Shown piece after piece: positions 27,965 through 38,491 of a stretch of 64,000 nt of DNA. The notes below the pieces were generated by a model, which saw nothing but the letters and a program-made list of their open reading frames with translations, made no database searches and was not told the DNA's origin. How positions within the stretch are numbered: the first letter of the stretch is position 1; the number at the start of each line of letters is the position of its first letter. The stretch is from a virus. The stretch is taken from positions 3,154-67,153 of the IMG/VR virus record IMGVR_UViG_3300045972_000791, one strand, 5' to 3'. The translations under genes were made by a program, and so were the position numbers.

Positions 27965-30255
27965 TAATTTATATCTTCATCATCAGATGACGGTGCATCT
28001 TCATCTGTTCCTGCATTTTCATCATCACCGCCACCACCTACATCCATTCCTTCAGCAGGTTGGTCTGCGGCTTCACCTTCTTTGTTATTTAGATCTTCAA
28101 TAGCTTTCTTCTTAGTAGCCTCTTGATTAGCCTGAATGATAGATGCTTCGAATAGTTCTTTAAACTCTTCCCATTCAACACCTGGCATTAGCTTCTTAAG
28201 TGACTCAATCCTAAAGATTCTCTTAGCATTTGGATCGATATCTACATCACCTATCATAGCTGCAGTTATGAACTCTAAGATTGAGTTAACATTGTTAACC
28301 ATATCATTCATAGATGCAGATAACAAAGTCATAGGCTTAGAGAACTTAACTTCCAACTTATCCAAGTCACCTTCTTCATATTCTTCAAGTGAAGAATATT
28401 CAGACTTATAAATCATTCTAACCATTTGAGTAAATTGCTCTGCAAAAACAGATTGCCATGATATAACTGATCGAACAAAACGTCCATTCATCATAGTAAG
28501 TGATCTTGCAAATTCAACTTCATCTGAATAGCCTAAGAATGCTGCAGGAATACCCATACCAGATATCATAGACCTTCTAAGATAATCTAAGAAGTCATTC
28601 TCAATAGATACATCCTGTCCAGGTAATGCATCAACTTCAATAGTCTTTTCACCATTCTGCATTGGAATATAAAGGTCATTAAATGTACCTACTGAGTTCA
28701 ATGCAGATGTGATATCACCTAAGTCTGAAGTTTTGAATTCTTTAGACTTAATAGATTTAACGAATGATTGAATAGCTCCAGGTGTATCTTCATCTAAACC
28801 TGTTTCAATATAAAAGATTCGTTTCTCAGGTGCTCTTACCAATTTCTGCATAAGAGTAGATATTAAACTAGCTAGATATAGTTTTGCGGTAAATAATACT
28901 GGACTATATGCTGAACGACCATATATACTATCTCCTTCTGATCTAAAGTGAACCATTTTATCAGGAGGAATGTATGTTATACGTAGTTTCTGATCTTTAT
29001 CGTAATTTGTTTTAAGAATACCATAAATAATATTCTTAAACTCAGGATTATCCTTAACAAACTTACGATCTATCTTACTAGCTACATTCTTACTAAAAAT
29101 ATTAGATATTAGTCTAAGTTTAGCACCTTTGATTTGGTCTGCAACAGGGTCAGGAGCACCAATATTTGTGGTGATCAGGTCTCTAAAACGGTTGTTACCT
29201 AGAGAGTGAGTAGTACCAAATTGTGTATTTGCCCCTATTTGATCAACATAGTAATACCCATAGTCAACGTTGTCCAGATTTAGCTTAATAACACGCTGTG
29301 GGTCAAGAATACGTAGAATAGAACCAGATAATTCAAATGTACCATCTTTAGTCTCTTTATCTTTAATCTCTTTTGCATCATTACCTGCTTCATATAATAA
29401 TACAGAAGGGTCTCGTGACATTATAACTGATTCTTGAAAGAATATTTTAATCTCTTCAGCCCAATCTATATTATCTTCACTTTTCTTACCAGTATTGGTA
29501 ATGTCTTCTATTTCTTTAAATTCATTCAACAGTACCTTATCATCATCACTAACACTGGCTTCTGTAAGAATATGGTTGGTATAGTACATTTCTTCATATT
29601 CTCTAGTTTCATCTCTGAATGCATTTTCCTCTTTTAGCATCTTACCTATTTCATCACCATAACCAAGAACGGCTACAAAGTTATCGCCTTTCTTCATAGT
29701 ATTACGAATGATTTTAGGTTGGAGGCGTTCAAGTAGATATTTCTTTTTTATTTCAGTAAGTCTTTTAGCTACTTCATTCTTCTTTTGTTCAGTAGCAGTT
29801 ACATTAGTATACTCAATGTTAAATGAAGTTTTTGTAAAGTCATCAGGAGATATGATATTATCAACGAATGTGTCCAATGCCATAGCCATCTGAGGAATTA
29901 AATCATAGATTTGATCAAAGCTATGATATAGTTGAACACGGTCTTTTTCACTATAAAAAATATCGTTTACAACACCAGTGTCAGCATTATCAACTAGATC
30001 ATTTACATTAACTTTCCCTTTTCCTTTTATACTCTTTCTACCACCACCGCCTCCGCTCTTTAACATTTCTACTCGACTAAAGAACTCAGTGATATTATTT
30101 CCAGTCTCCCTCTTGTAAGCAGAGGAAATCTTACTCATAGTATCTCTTACTTTGTCGTATAGATCATTATCGGCTTTAGCTGAAGTTCCAAACATTAATT
30201 CTGAGTTAGCATCTTGTAGATCTTTTATTGTTTGAATTTCTTTTTTATCAGACAT
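27964..30255 (-). CDS. Portal protein
   Basis: T4 gp20-like: ALD..VD.I.S.D, LVRAPEKRIFYIETG, DLYIP..NG...IEVDALPG, DYL...M..GMGIP.AFL. Confidence 0.88.
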   Translation of the reverse strand: MSDKKEIQTIKDLQDANSELMFGTSAKADNDLYDKVRDTMSKISSAYKRETGNNITEFFSRVEMLKSGGGGGRKSIKGKGKVNVNDLVDNADTGVVNDIFYSEKDRVQLYHSFDQIYDLIPQMAMALDTFVDNIISPDDFTKTSFNIEYTNVTATEQKKNEVAKRLTEIKKKYLLERLQPKIIRNTMKKGDNFVAVLGYGDEIGKMLKEENAFRDETREYEEMYYTNHILTEASVSDDDKVLLNEFKEIEDITNTGKKSEDNIDWAEEIKIFFQESVIMSRDPSVLLYEAGNDAKEIKDKETKDGTFELSGSILRILDPQRVIKLNLDNVDYGYYYVDQIGANTQFGTTHSLGNNRFRDLITTNIGAPDPVADQIKGAKLRLISNIFSKNVASKIDRKFVKDNPEFKNIIYGILKTNYDKDQKLRITYIPPDKMVHFRSEGDSIYGRSAYSPVLFTAKLYLASLISTLMQKLVRAPEKRIFYIETGLDEDTPGAIQSFVKSIKSKEFKTSDLGDITSALNSVGTFNDLYIPMQNGEKTIEVDALPGQDVSIENDFLDYLRRSMISGMGIPAAFLGYSDEVEFARSLTMMNGRFVRSVISWQSVFAEQFTQMVRMIYKSEYSSLEEYEEGDLDKLEVKFSKPMTLLSASMNDMVNNVNSILEFITAAMIGDVDIDPNAKRIFRIESLKKLMPGVEWEEFKELFEASIIQANQEATKKKAIEDLNNKEGEAADQPAEGMDVGGGGDDENAGTDEDAPSSDDEDIN

Positions 30256-30264
30256 AGTGATCCC

Positions 30265-31320
30265 CTAGTTTACATTCATATATCTCTTACATGCAGATGA
30301 CAAGCTTATTATATAGCTTTTCAAGAAGTCCATCATCCCAATAATATCGCTTATAATTGGTCCAACGTTTATAATTAAATCATTGTTGCTATACAATCCA
30401 GACTTCAATGCAATCCAATAAACGAATAATAATGATGACAGTTTACTTCTAGTTGATGTCGAATAATCAATATCGATAAATTTTTCTATTAAACTATCTA
30501 TATCTGACTTAGTTAGTATATCATTATTGAATGAGATAATCCCTCTTATTTGCTTCACATTTTCGATGGTATTATTATATGGGTAGTACCCATTAAATAT
30601 ATTCTCCGTGAATGAATAATCTCTAGCTAATAATGATGGTATATCATTAATCTTAATGATTAATTTATATAGTTCGTTATTATTAATTCCTTCAACGATT
30701 CCTCTACCAAGAAATATATCAGAGTATAATTTTTTTGCAAATAACTTAGCATTAGCATCAGTTACATCATTGAAAACATCTACTGAGTTATCTGGAAAGA
30801 TACTTGGTAGATCTATTTTTTCATCAACAGGAATATTTGTTCCATTATACAATGGTTCAATTAGAGATTTAAAATCAGTATCAATCTTAGTTTCATTATC
30901 ATAGTATAATCCACTAGACATTGATGCATATTCAGCAGTAAAGGCGTTAGTTAATAAATCAGACCACTTAATATATTTAAATGAATTATTAGCTGCTGTA
31001 TACTCCATAATATATTTATCTAGCTGAAGAGTTTCTGTACAATATTGATTTATATCAAATGTAACTTCTGCAGCAGTATCACTACTGTTGTATACAAATG
31101 TAAGTTCTCTATCTCTTTGATCTAAAAAGTTCACGACTTCATAGTCATTTATAATAGGAAGAGACATCAATTCATCAATACCAATTACGCCATCACATAG
31201 ATTATCAATACATCTCTGATAATTTTCTGGCAGCATATTCATTAGTCTCAGAAAGACACTCTTGTTATACTTATTTAGATTTATATTAAAGAAGTTACGA
31301 AGCACTTGTTCATCTTTCAT
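30265..31320 (-). CDS. Hypothetical protein
   Basis: 351-aa ORF. Confidence 0.7.
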   Translation of the reverse strand: MKDEQVLRNFFNINLNKYNKSVFLRLMNMLPENYQRCIDNLCDGVIGIDELMSLPIINDYEVVNFLDQRDRELTFVYNSSDTAAEVTFDINQYCTETLQLDKYIMEYTAANNSFKYIKWSDLLTNAFTAEYASMSSGLYYDNETKIDTDFKSLIEPLYNGTNIPVDEKIDLPSIFPDNSVDVFNDVTDANAKLFAKKLYSDIFLGRGIVEGINNNELYKLIIKINDIPSLLARDYSFTENIFNGYYPYNNTIENVKQIRGIISFNNDILTKSDIDSLIEKFIDIDYSTSTRSKLSSLLFVYWIALKSGLYSNNDLIINVGPIISDIIGMMDFLKSYIISLSSACKRYMNVN

Positions 31321-31328
31321 AATTTCAC

Positions 31329-32360
31329 CTATACTAAAGATAATTTTGTTATTGAATATGCTGATTCTGTGATTATACTTACATTAGCCATAAATTTCTT
31401 AAAATTATCCATTTCTGTAGTAGTTGGTTTAAAGTATTCAGATATTCTTAAATCATACATATATGGCATGAGATATTTATTTATGAAGTATGTATGATAA
31501 CTTGTTGCAAAATCATTTACATTAAACTCAAATGTAGAATTTTTCAATGATGTAATATAATTCTTTATTTTATTCTGAACTGTATCAGTTGTCACATCAT
31601 TAGTAACTGCAGTTATCATTGAGTTGATAGCCCTACTAATTAAAGACTGGGACGTACACTCTAAGTCATATAAACGGAATACTCTATTTTTATAGCTAAC
31701 TGATCTTAAAGCAAATCCATATACTCCACTCGCTTCTAATAATGTGAAATCACTATATGGTTTTTCCATAAAAATAGGTTCAGTATACAACTTAATTACT
31801 TCATCATATATTTTATCGATTATTACACTATTACAGTCTTCTTTAGAAGTTGATAGCTGATCCATAAAGTAACTACCATCTCCATCTTGATTAAAGAAAT
31901 TAGATAATGCTGATCTAACATCTACTTCAGCTAATGCATAAGATCCATTATATGTTTTAGTCATAAATGGATTTACAATCCAGTTTTCACGTCCAGCTAA
32001 TATAAGTGAATAATACTCCTTAAATGGAATAAACTTTTTAGATCTGAAGTCAGGAATACTACTATATACTTTACCACTAATGATATTTAATTCAAATAGA
32101 TTCTTAAGATCAGTATATCTTTGTAGATAATCATTATCACTATTATCTATTAATATTTCAACTGAGACAGCATTTAAATCTGGTAAGGCATATAGTTCAT
32201 CCATTGTAATATAATGATCTTTTAATGCACTAATAGTCTTAGTGAAAAGATCAGTGCCTAATATCGATAGTCTACTTATGATTGCATAATCTCTACTGTT
32301 TTCAGTTAGTTCTAAGCCTTCAATATAACTTAAAACTTCTTCGGATGTTAAAAGTGTCAT
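31329..32360 (-). CDS. Hypothetical protein
   Basis: 343-aa ORF. Confidence 0.7.
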   Translation of the reverse strand: MTLLTSEEVLSYIEGLELTENSRDYAIISRLSILGTDLFTKTISALKDHYITMDELYALPDLNAVSVEILIDNSDNDYLQRYTDLKNLFELNIISGKVYSSIPDFRSKKFIPFKEYYSLILAGRENWIVNPFMTKTYNGSYALAEVDVRSALSNFFNQDGDGSYFMDQLSTSKEDCNSVIIDKIYDEVIKLYTEPIFMEKPYSDFTLLEASGVYGFALRSVSYKNRVFRLYDLECTSQSLISRAINSMITAVTNDVTTDTVQNKIKNYITSLKNSTFEFNVNDFATSYHTYFINKYLMPYMYDLRISEYFKPTTTEMDNFKKFMANVSIITESAYSITKLSLV

Positions 32361-32363
32361 GAC

Positions 32364-32834
32364 TTACTCCATTTTACTTGATAACTTAGCTGCTTCCAGT
32401 AGTCTAGCATTTTCTAACTGAACTTGTTTGTTATCAGATATACGTGTTATAGTTGTTATTTCAGGTTCTACCAATACATCATCTATTATACTAATAAATT
32501 TGAGTCCTGTAACTTTTTCATATTCAGAAATTACTTCTAGTCTTTTATTGCTTTCTTTAGCAAAATCTCTATACTGGATATTATCAACAATTTTATCAGC
32601 TAACAATGATTCTAATGCCTTTTTCTGTTTAACTCCAGACATCTTATATTTTTTTCTATTACTTCTTTTGATAATTGGAATTAAATCAGCTAGTACTATT
32701 CTATCAAATAGTAGCTCATCCATGATAGGACGATATACTTCGTAAGGCATTGATAAAAGACTATATACAGCAGATATATTTTCTTGAGTTATTGGAAGTT
32801 TGTCTATCCTATCTCTTAGTTCTACATAATCCAT
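32364..32834 (-). CDS. Hypothetical protein
   Basis: 156-aa ORF. Confidence 0.65.
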   Translation of the reverse strand: MDYVELRDRIDKLPITQENISAVYSLLSMPYEVYRPIMDELLFDRIVLADLIPIIKRSNRKKYKMSGVKQKKALESLLADKIVDNIQYRDFAKESNKRLEVISEYEKVTGLKFISIIDDVLVEPEITTITRISDNKQVQLENARLLEAAKLSSKME

Positions 32835-32883
32835 AAGTCACCTATAAAAAGAGAAGAGAGGATAGATCCCCTCTTCTCCTATA

Positions 32884-33576
32884 TTAGAAGTCGATAGCTA
32901 TAAAGCTCTGTTTGGATGAATACGACTTAGATTCGCATTCTATTTCACACAATAGTTTGTTATCCAAAATATCATATAGAGTTATGTGGTGCTTAGCATC
33001 TTCTTCAGGTTTTACAAAAAGTTTTTGAGCAAGTCTAAGCTTCCAGTGTTTACTAGTAGTACCATATTCATTAACAAGAATATGTTTTTTAGTAAGAATT
33101 ACATCTGCAAATTCGGATTGACCACATTCTTCATAGAACCCATCTATATCTCTATATTCGCAAAGTATTTCACCATTATCTTTCAAGTTATTATACATCG
33201 TTTCAATTCTTCGTATATTTTTCAAATACGACTTATCAGTAAGCGATGTATATAATGGATATTTTTCACCGTGTATAACTAGATTTTCATCAAAGCTAAT
33301 ACCAGTCAATGGTTCTTCTTTCTTATTCTTAAAGACTTGAAATAACTCATCACTATTTACAGATACAATTTTAGTATCTAAACCTTTATGAAAGTCAATT
33401 AGTGTATATGAATAACATTCATCTGGAAGAATATATGCTTTTCCTCCAAATGCATACCACATCTTATTATTAAATAATAATTTTTTAGCTAGTTGATTCA
33501 TATTATTTAAATTTTTAAGATGATCCTTAAATGTAATGACCTTTTCTTTTTTAGCCATTTTTTCCACCCATAACAT
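32884..33576 (-). CDS. Hypothetical protein
   Basis: ORF downstream of the polB N-half; start may be MAKKEK. Confidence 0.65.
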   Translation of the reverse strand: MLWVEKMAKKEKVITFKDHLKNLNNMNQLAKKLLFNNKMWYAFGGKAYILPDECYSYTLIDFHKGLDTKIVSVNSDELFQVFKNKKEEPLTGISFDENLVIHGEKYPLYTSLTDKSYLKNIRRIETMYNNLKDNGEILCEYRDIDGFYEECGQSEFADVILTKKHILVNEYGTTSKHWKLRLAQKLFVKPEEDAKHHITLYDILDNKLLCEIECESKSYSSKQSFIAIDF

Positions 33577-33847
33577 TCTCGCTATCTAATAAATCAATTA
33601 TTTTTTGTTCAGAAGGGTCTTCACACCAAAAGGCATTTTTCAGCTTAAATATTTCTTTCTCTAAACGGACAATGCGATTAGAAGCGCATAACACTGTTCT
33701 AATACATTTAGCACTTCCATCTTTCATAATAATACTTATTGATCCGCAGTTATACTTTACTGAATGGGTATATTTATTACCCCCTATTGTAAGGGGGCTT
33801 TTCCTGATTTCTAATAGCTCAGATTTACATGATGGGCATATATCCAT
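33551..33847 (-). CDS. Small Cys-containing hypothetical protein
   Basis: CPSC...CGS; start overlaps the polymerase stop. Confidence 0.55.
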   Translation of the reverse strand: MDICPSCKSELLEIRKSPLTIGGNKYTHSVKYNCGSISIIMKDGSAKCIRTVLCASNRIVRLEKEIFKLKNAFWCEDPSEQKIIDLLDSENVMGGKNG

Positions 33848-35586
33848 TACACAACCTCCAATAGTTCTTGTAAGTCTGGTAAATTAAAATATTTTTTACC
33901 AGTAGCAATAAAATCTTTAGCTTGAATAGAATCAATAATTTTAGGTATTTCATCATTGAGTTTATTCTCTAATTTTAGTTGACTTTTATTATTATATACA
34001 TATACATCCTCAAACTGTTCAACTAAGAAAGCCTTACCAATCTGAGTAAATGAATCAATATTAAAACCTTGAATAATACTTGGATAGAGAGATGCAAGGT
34101 CAAGGTCACAAGTCTTTTCAAATATCTTATTTGATTTGATACCTAAGACTGGAATGCCTGTATGTGCAAGAAGTTTAGGATTAGCAACAAATGCACCACG
34201 AAACTTTTTCTTTGCATCATCTTTATCTTCATCTTCTTTAGATTTCCATTCATCACTACCATAATCCTGATTACGATTATTAGATAGCACGTATCCTTGG
34301 TCTCTAAAGAATCTATCAGCCATATTACGAAGACATATTGTCTTTGTCATAGCTTTGTTCATACGAGTTTCAGTCATCAAACTCAACTGATAAATAAGAT
34401 CAGTATCACCAATCTTCTTTTCAATCAAGTAACATCCAATAACGTCCATCGCATTATATTCCATAAACTTTAAGAAGTTAGAGTATGGAAATTTCTTCAT
34501 ATCATCAACAACTTCATCCTTACTCATACTAAGTTCTTCAGTAAGTACTGCATCTAACATGTATGAGTCTTTTTTCTGCATTGACTTACGAATAACTGCA
34601 TACTGAATCATTTGGTCAAGAAATATTACATCTGAAGTAATCTGTAACTGATCTTTCTTTTCAGATATATCTTTCGCTCTAGTATCAGTATAGTAATATA
34701 CCTGTTTATAATCTACTTCTTTTGGACACATTATAAGAGCAGGAATACCGCCTAGAATCTTTATTCTATTTATAACAGTTTGACCGTCAAATGAAAGGTT
34801 CCATGCATGAAGTATATCTGGTTTACATCTTTCATTAAGAAGCTTAAAGAATGCTTTAATAAGGTCTAATTCTTTATCAAAGAACTCAATTTCTATCTCT
34901 AGATTTGGACACTCATTTTTAAACTTCTTTTGAATAGTTTTAGTATACTTTTCAATTTGAGTATCTTCAAATATCCCAATCAATGTATTCTTTGGATTCC
35001 TCAGAACGAATTGATATAATATATTCTCTTGTTGATCATAATATCCTATAAGGTTGATAGGACTAGGTGCTTCTTCAGCAATAGGAAAACCTGGTATATT
35101 GGATGAGTCAACCTCGATATCCCAAAAACCTTTAGTAAGAGATGCAGTTAGATCAACTTCAGACTTATATTTAGATAGATATCTACTTATAGTGTGATCA
35201 CTAATATCCACATCTGAACCATGTAGAATTGGATCAAGGTGTAACTGTTTCAACTTACCAAAGTGTTTCTCTTGCAGACATGCCTCATAAAAGTCCATCT
35301 CACCAAGATATTTAGCTATCTCACGCATATACTCCCAATACTTACAGGTGACAGGAAATGTATCTTCAATAGGTACAAATAACGGTGGTGGATCCAAATA
35401 CTGGTCTACTTTATTCTGTTTAGTGACTCTAAAAGTTATAGTAGGATCAGCTATGAATCTCATTCTCTTTTCACCATCGATTTTTTCAACTATATATAAA
35501 CCTGTATGTTTCAGAGGTAATTTATTTCCATCTGAATCTTTACCGCCTCTTACTGTTAAAACATTGATCAACTGACGAACTGGCAT
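33847..35586 (-). CDS. Family B DNA polymerase, N-terminal half (3'-5' exonuclease plus motif A)
   Basis: ExoI WDIEV, ExoII AWNLSFD, ExoIII YNAMDV, FRGAFV..P, DLDLASLYPSII...NI. Confidence 0.9.
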   Translation of the reverse strand: MPVRQLINVLTVRGGKDSDGNKLPLKHTGLYIVEKIDGEKRMRFIADPTITFRVTKQNKVDQYLDPPPLFVPIEDTFPVTCKYWEYMREIAKYLGEMDFYEACLQEKHFGKLKQLHLDPILHGSDVDISDHTISRYLSKYKSEVDLTASLTKGFWDIEVDSSNIPGFPIAEEAPSPINLIGYYDQQENILYQFVLRNPKNTLIGIFEDTQIEKYTKTIQKKFKNECPNLEIEIEFFDKELDLIKAFFKLLNERCKPDILHAWNLSFDGQTVINRIKILGGIPALIMCPKEVDYKQVYYYTDTRAKDISEKKDQLQITSDVIFLDQMIQYAVIRKSMQKKDSYMLDAVLTEELSMSKDEVVDDMKKFPYSNFLKFMEYNAMDVIGCYLIEKKIGDTDLIYQLSLMTETRMNKAMTKTICLRNMADRFFRDQGYVLSNNRNQDYGSDEWKSKEDEDKDDAKKKFRGAFVANPKLLAHTGIPVLGIKSNKIFEKTCDLDLASLYPSIIQGFNIDSFTQIGKAFLVEQFEDVYVYNNKSQLKLENKLNDEIPKIIDSIQAKDFIATGKKYFNLPDLQELLEVV

Positions 35587-35611
35587 GTGTTCTCCTTTTG
35601 TTCAGTATATA

Positions 35612-35653
35612 CGATACTATGTTGTCTATATTTTTAAATTAAACATTTTATTA
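35612..35653. promoter_or_regulatory. Divergent pair of AACA-N6-YR promoters
   Basis: Minus 35612-35623 AACA TAGTAT CG (polB N-half); plus 35642-35653 AACA TTTTAT TA. Confidence 0.6.
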
Positions 35654-35686
35654 TGTTATTCATTTTATGGTGTGAGAGAGAAAACT

Positions 35687-36409
35687 ATGTCAGATGACAA
35701 TCTTTTTGAAGAAATGTTAACTGCTATGGAAAGGGAAGGACAAGCTACTGAAGAACTGTATACTGAGTTAAAAGAGCATTATGATACTATAAAGCTTAAT
35801 AGTCGTAGGATGCAGGGCAGCTTAACATTCCTTTCCAAACAAGCCGAAAATCTTATAGCTTTAAGACAGGCTAATCAACAAATTATTAAAGCAATGGTGG
35901 ATATGAAACACAAACAGTTTGGTAATACTATGAAGACTAAGATGTTATCTGTTAAACAAGAAACGGCTGATGAAGATGGTATTCCATTTAAAGTTGTTAA
36001 ATATCTTATAGATGCACTTAAAGTAGACTCTAATAATATAATGAGTATAGAGGGTGAATTAGTCAATAACCCTATTACTGATGATGATAGATTATTAGAA
36101 GGTAGATTAAGTGAATTGTCTGATGAAGAGACAACTGAAGACAGCATCATTCCAGCTGAAATTGATGAATCTACTATTGAACTAGTATGTGATGAACTAG
36201 GTAGTTATCATATAGTTGCTAATGGATATATTATATGTGATGATGATTATGATCTACCTAAAGATTCACCTACCTATGATGTAGGTAAGCATGGGGAGTT
36301 GAGGGCTTTTAATTCTGATGGAAAAGAGATTAAAATAGTCAGGTCTGATTCATTAGTATTTAGAGAGCCTGAAGAGGATGGTGAAATAGATGAGGAAGAT
36401 GATGACTGA
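35687..36409 (+). CDS. Hypothetical protein (coiled-coil N-terminus)
   Basis: Start re-assigned to ATG 35687, downstream of the promoter motif at 35642. Confidence 0.65.
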   Translation: MSDDNLFEEMLTAMEREGQATEELYTELKEHYDTIKLNSRRMQGSLTFLSKQAENLIALRQANQQIIKAMVDMKHKQFGNTMKTKMLSVKQETADEDGIPFKVVKYLIDALKVDSNNIMSIEGELVNNPITDDDRLLEGRLSELSDEETTEDSIIPAEIDESTIELVCDELGSYHIVANGYIICDDDYDLPKDSPTYDVGKHGELRAFNSDGKEIKIVRSDSLVFREPEEDGEIDEEDDD

Positions 36410-37046
36410 AGGATCTCTCCCAGAATTCTTATGGAGGGGTAAAGCTGCAGATATTATAAAGAATACAAAAATAGTAACTAAAAATGAATTGATATCTTTT
36501 ATGGAACCTGGAGATTTAATCTGCTCCAATACTCCTGATAGCAAGATAGTATCATACATGCATAATCTGTCTGGAATGTCAACTAAGATGGCTATGGGTA
36601 TTCCTTACTCTTCAATTAAATTAGTTGCAACTGACGGTATGTTAATAGGTTATGGTCTTAGGAAATCTCTTCCAACTAATGTAGGTCTTGATAAGACAAC
36701 TATTAGTGGATATGTTAATAAAGCTAGAGAGATTATTCTATTAAAACCAAAAGTACCCAAAGAAGATAGACTCGATGTTATTAAATGGATGGAAGAAAGA
36801 TTAGGAGTTCCATTTAATGTGAATATGCTTAATAGATCATTATTAGCTAGAGTAGTAAATAGCAAACCCAGTGATGATAAAGTGAAAGCTAGATTAAGTG
36901 AGAAAGTATCACTTTTCTGTTCTAACATAATTGCATATGCATTCTTATCCACAGGTCATAGATTAGTTGTGAATCCAGAGAATGCTTGGCCTGTAGATTT
37001 TATAGAATCAAACAATATTACACCAATAAGTCGAATACATCAATAG
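36390..37046 (+). CDS. Permuted papain-like NlpC/P60 (YiiX/YebB-like) protein
   Basis: EPGDLI...; LG.PF; LFCS..IAYAF...WP.DF. Confidence 0.65.
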   Translation: MRKMMTEGSLPEFLWRGKAADIIKNTKIVTKNELISFMEPGDLICSNTPDSKIVSYMHNLSGMSTKMAMGIPYSSIKLVATDGMLIGYGLRKSLPTNVGLDKTTISGYVNKAREIILLKPKVPKEDRLDVIKWMEERLGVPFNVNMLNRSLLARVVNSKPSDDKVKARLSEKVSLFCSNIIAYAFLSTGHRLVVNPENAWPVDFIESNNITPISRIHQ

Positions 37047-37054
37047 GAGGGATT

Positions 37055-37375
37055 ATGAACAAAGTAGCTCAATATGTAATAGATCGTCTTAAAGAACCAT
37101 CTTCATGGCGTGGTCTTATTATGGTAGGTACATCTACTGCAAGTATGTGTGGTGCAAAATACGATCTATCCACAGATCAAATTGTAGCAATTATTACTAC
37201 TGGTGTATTCGTATCTGGTATGGTAGGTAGTTTAATTCCAGATAAAATGAAAGCATCAGGTAAAGGTGTGATTGAAACTGTAACTGACAGTATCAAAGCA
37301 GTTGGTGATTCAGATGACGCAGTTAGAGATAATTCTGTAGGTATTAAAGTAATTGAAGTATTTGATAAAAAGTAG
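37055..37375 (+). CDS. Holin-like small membrane protein
   Basis: RLKEPSSWRGLI plus two hydrophobic segments; GGAGG before ATG 37055. Confidence 0.55.
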   Translation: MNKVAQYVIDRLKEPSSWRGLIMVGTSTASMCGAKYDLSTDQIVAIITTGVFVSGMVGSLIPDKMKASGKGVIETVTDSIKAVGDSDDAVRDNSVGIKVIEVFDKK

Positions 37376-37445
37376 TTACCGTATTCAGTGGATTTTTTAT
37401 TTAATATTATTTATATAGAATAAATAAAAATCCATTGGAGGAATT

Positions 37446-37583
37446 ATGCAAATCAAAGACCTTGCTGGCCGTAAAAATGTTGTAAAAATGGTTAAATATA
37501 TATGTCATAAGTGTGGTGTAGGTGGTCTCTTTCCCAAGGTTAAGAAAGTTGTGACCTGTAGTTATTGTGGTCACGCATCTTAA
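37446..37583 (+). CDS. 45-aa zinc-ribbon protein (below the ORF-track cutoff)
   Basis: GGAGG-N5-ATG; MQIKDLAGRKNVVKMVKYICHKCGVGGLFPKVKKVVTCSYCGHAS; followed by a terminator. Confidence 0.75.
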   Translation: MQIKDLAGRKNVVKMVKYICHKCGVGGLFPKVKKVVTCSYCGHAS

Positions 37584-37603
37584 CCATCTGTTTCAAATAC
37601 ATT

Positions 37604-37642
37604 ATGCTCTATTCCAATTAAGGAATAGGGCATATTTTTTTT
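37604..37642. terminator. Terminator
   Basis: ATGCTCTATTCC...GGAATAGGGCAT plus T-tract. Confidence 0.75.
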
Positions 37643-38455
37643 TTAATCCTTACCATATAATGCTTCTTCTACGGACCATCCTCTTTTTAGACGACCACGA
37701 ATAGTGCTACGATGTATACCTACTTCTTCTCCCCACATAGCTAATGATTGAATTTTTCCATTATACTCAATATTATGATTGTTAGATCTATTATTTTGCT
37801 GTTCTTTCATTGTAGACCATTTACAGTTCCTCTTTGTATAATGACCATTACTTTCTATTCTATCTAATGTATGTTTATCTGTAGGTGGATCACCCATATC
37901 CTTATAGAATTCTATAAAATTTTCCCATCTAACTGCATAAGATACACCTTTTCCACCATAATTAGGATTATTAGAGTTACATCTATCTTTCATCATAACC
38001 CAAATATGATAAATACGAGTACCCTCCATTCCATGTTTTGTATTGGCTTTAGATAACATTTCTTTTCCATAGCATCCACATGATTGTGTTCGTCCAAGAT
38101 TTAAACGACTTCCATCTACTTCTTTAGTATTTCCGCAATCACATTGACACATATAATGCCAATGTAAATTTTTTAATATAGTGGGATTTAATACTATTAA
38201 TCTCCCAAATCTTCTACCAATCATTTTACTATGGGTTCTAATGTTTCTTGCTGTATTTTCTTCTTTAATTCTTTCTTTATTAAAGCAACCACATGATGAT
38301 GTTTTACCGGATCTAAGACGAGTTCCATTATATTCTGATTCATTTCCATTACAACTACATCTACATTTATAATACAATTCCCCATATCTGTTATTAGCTT
38401 GTTTTAAAACAGTTAACCTTCCAAATACTTTTCCAATCATATTTATTTTTGCCAT
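37643..38455 (-). CDS. Free-standing HNH homing endonuclease
   Basis: Same family as 18732; start re-assigned to ATG 38455 behind GGAGG. Confidence 0.88.
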   Translation of the reverse strand: MAKINMIGKVFGRLTVLKQANNRYGELYYKCRCSCNGNESEYNGTRLRSGKTSSCGCFNKERIKEENTARNIRTHSKMIGRRFGRLIVLNPTILKNLHWHYMCQCDCGNTKEVDGSRLNLGRTQSCGCYGKEMLSKANTKHGMEGTRIYHIWVMMKDRCNSNNPNYGGKGVSYAVRWENFIEFYKDMGDPPTDKHTLDRIESNGHYTKRNCKWSTMKEQQNNRSNNHNIEYNGKIQSLAMWGEEVGIHRSTIRGRLKRGWSVEEALYGKD

Positions 38456-38467
38456 ATTGTACCCTCC

Positions 38468-38479
38468 TAATAAACTGTT
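38468..38479 (-). promoter_or_regulatory. Late-type promoter
   Basis: AACA GTTTAT TA upstream of HNH. Confidence 0.65.
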
Positions 38480-38491
38480 ACTCAAGAGGAA

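Noticed and set aside
37123-37135. Partial reverse copy (GGTACATCT) of the capsid-leader motif
   Set aside because: Only a short half-site inside a coding region; plausible by chance.
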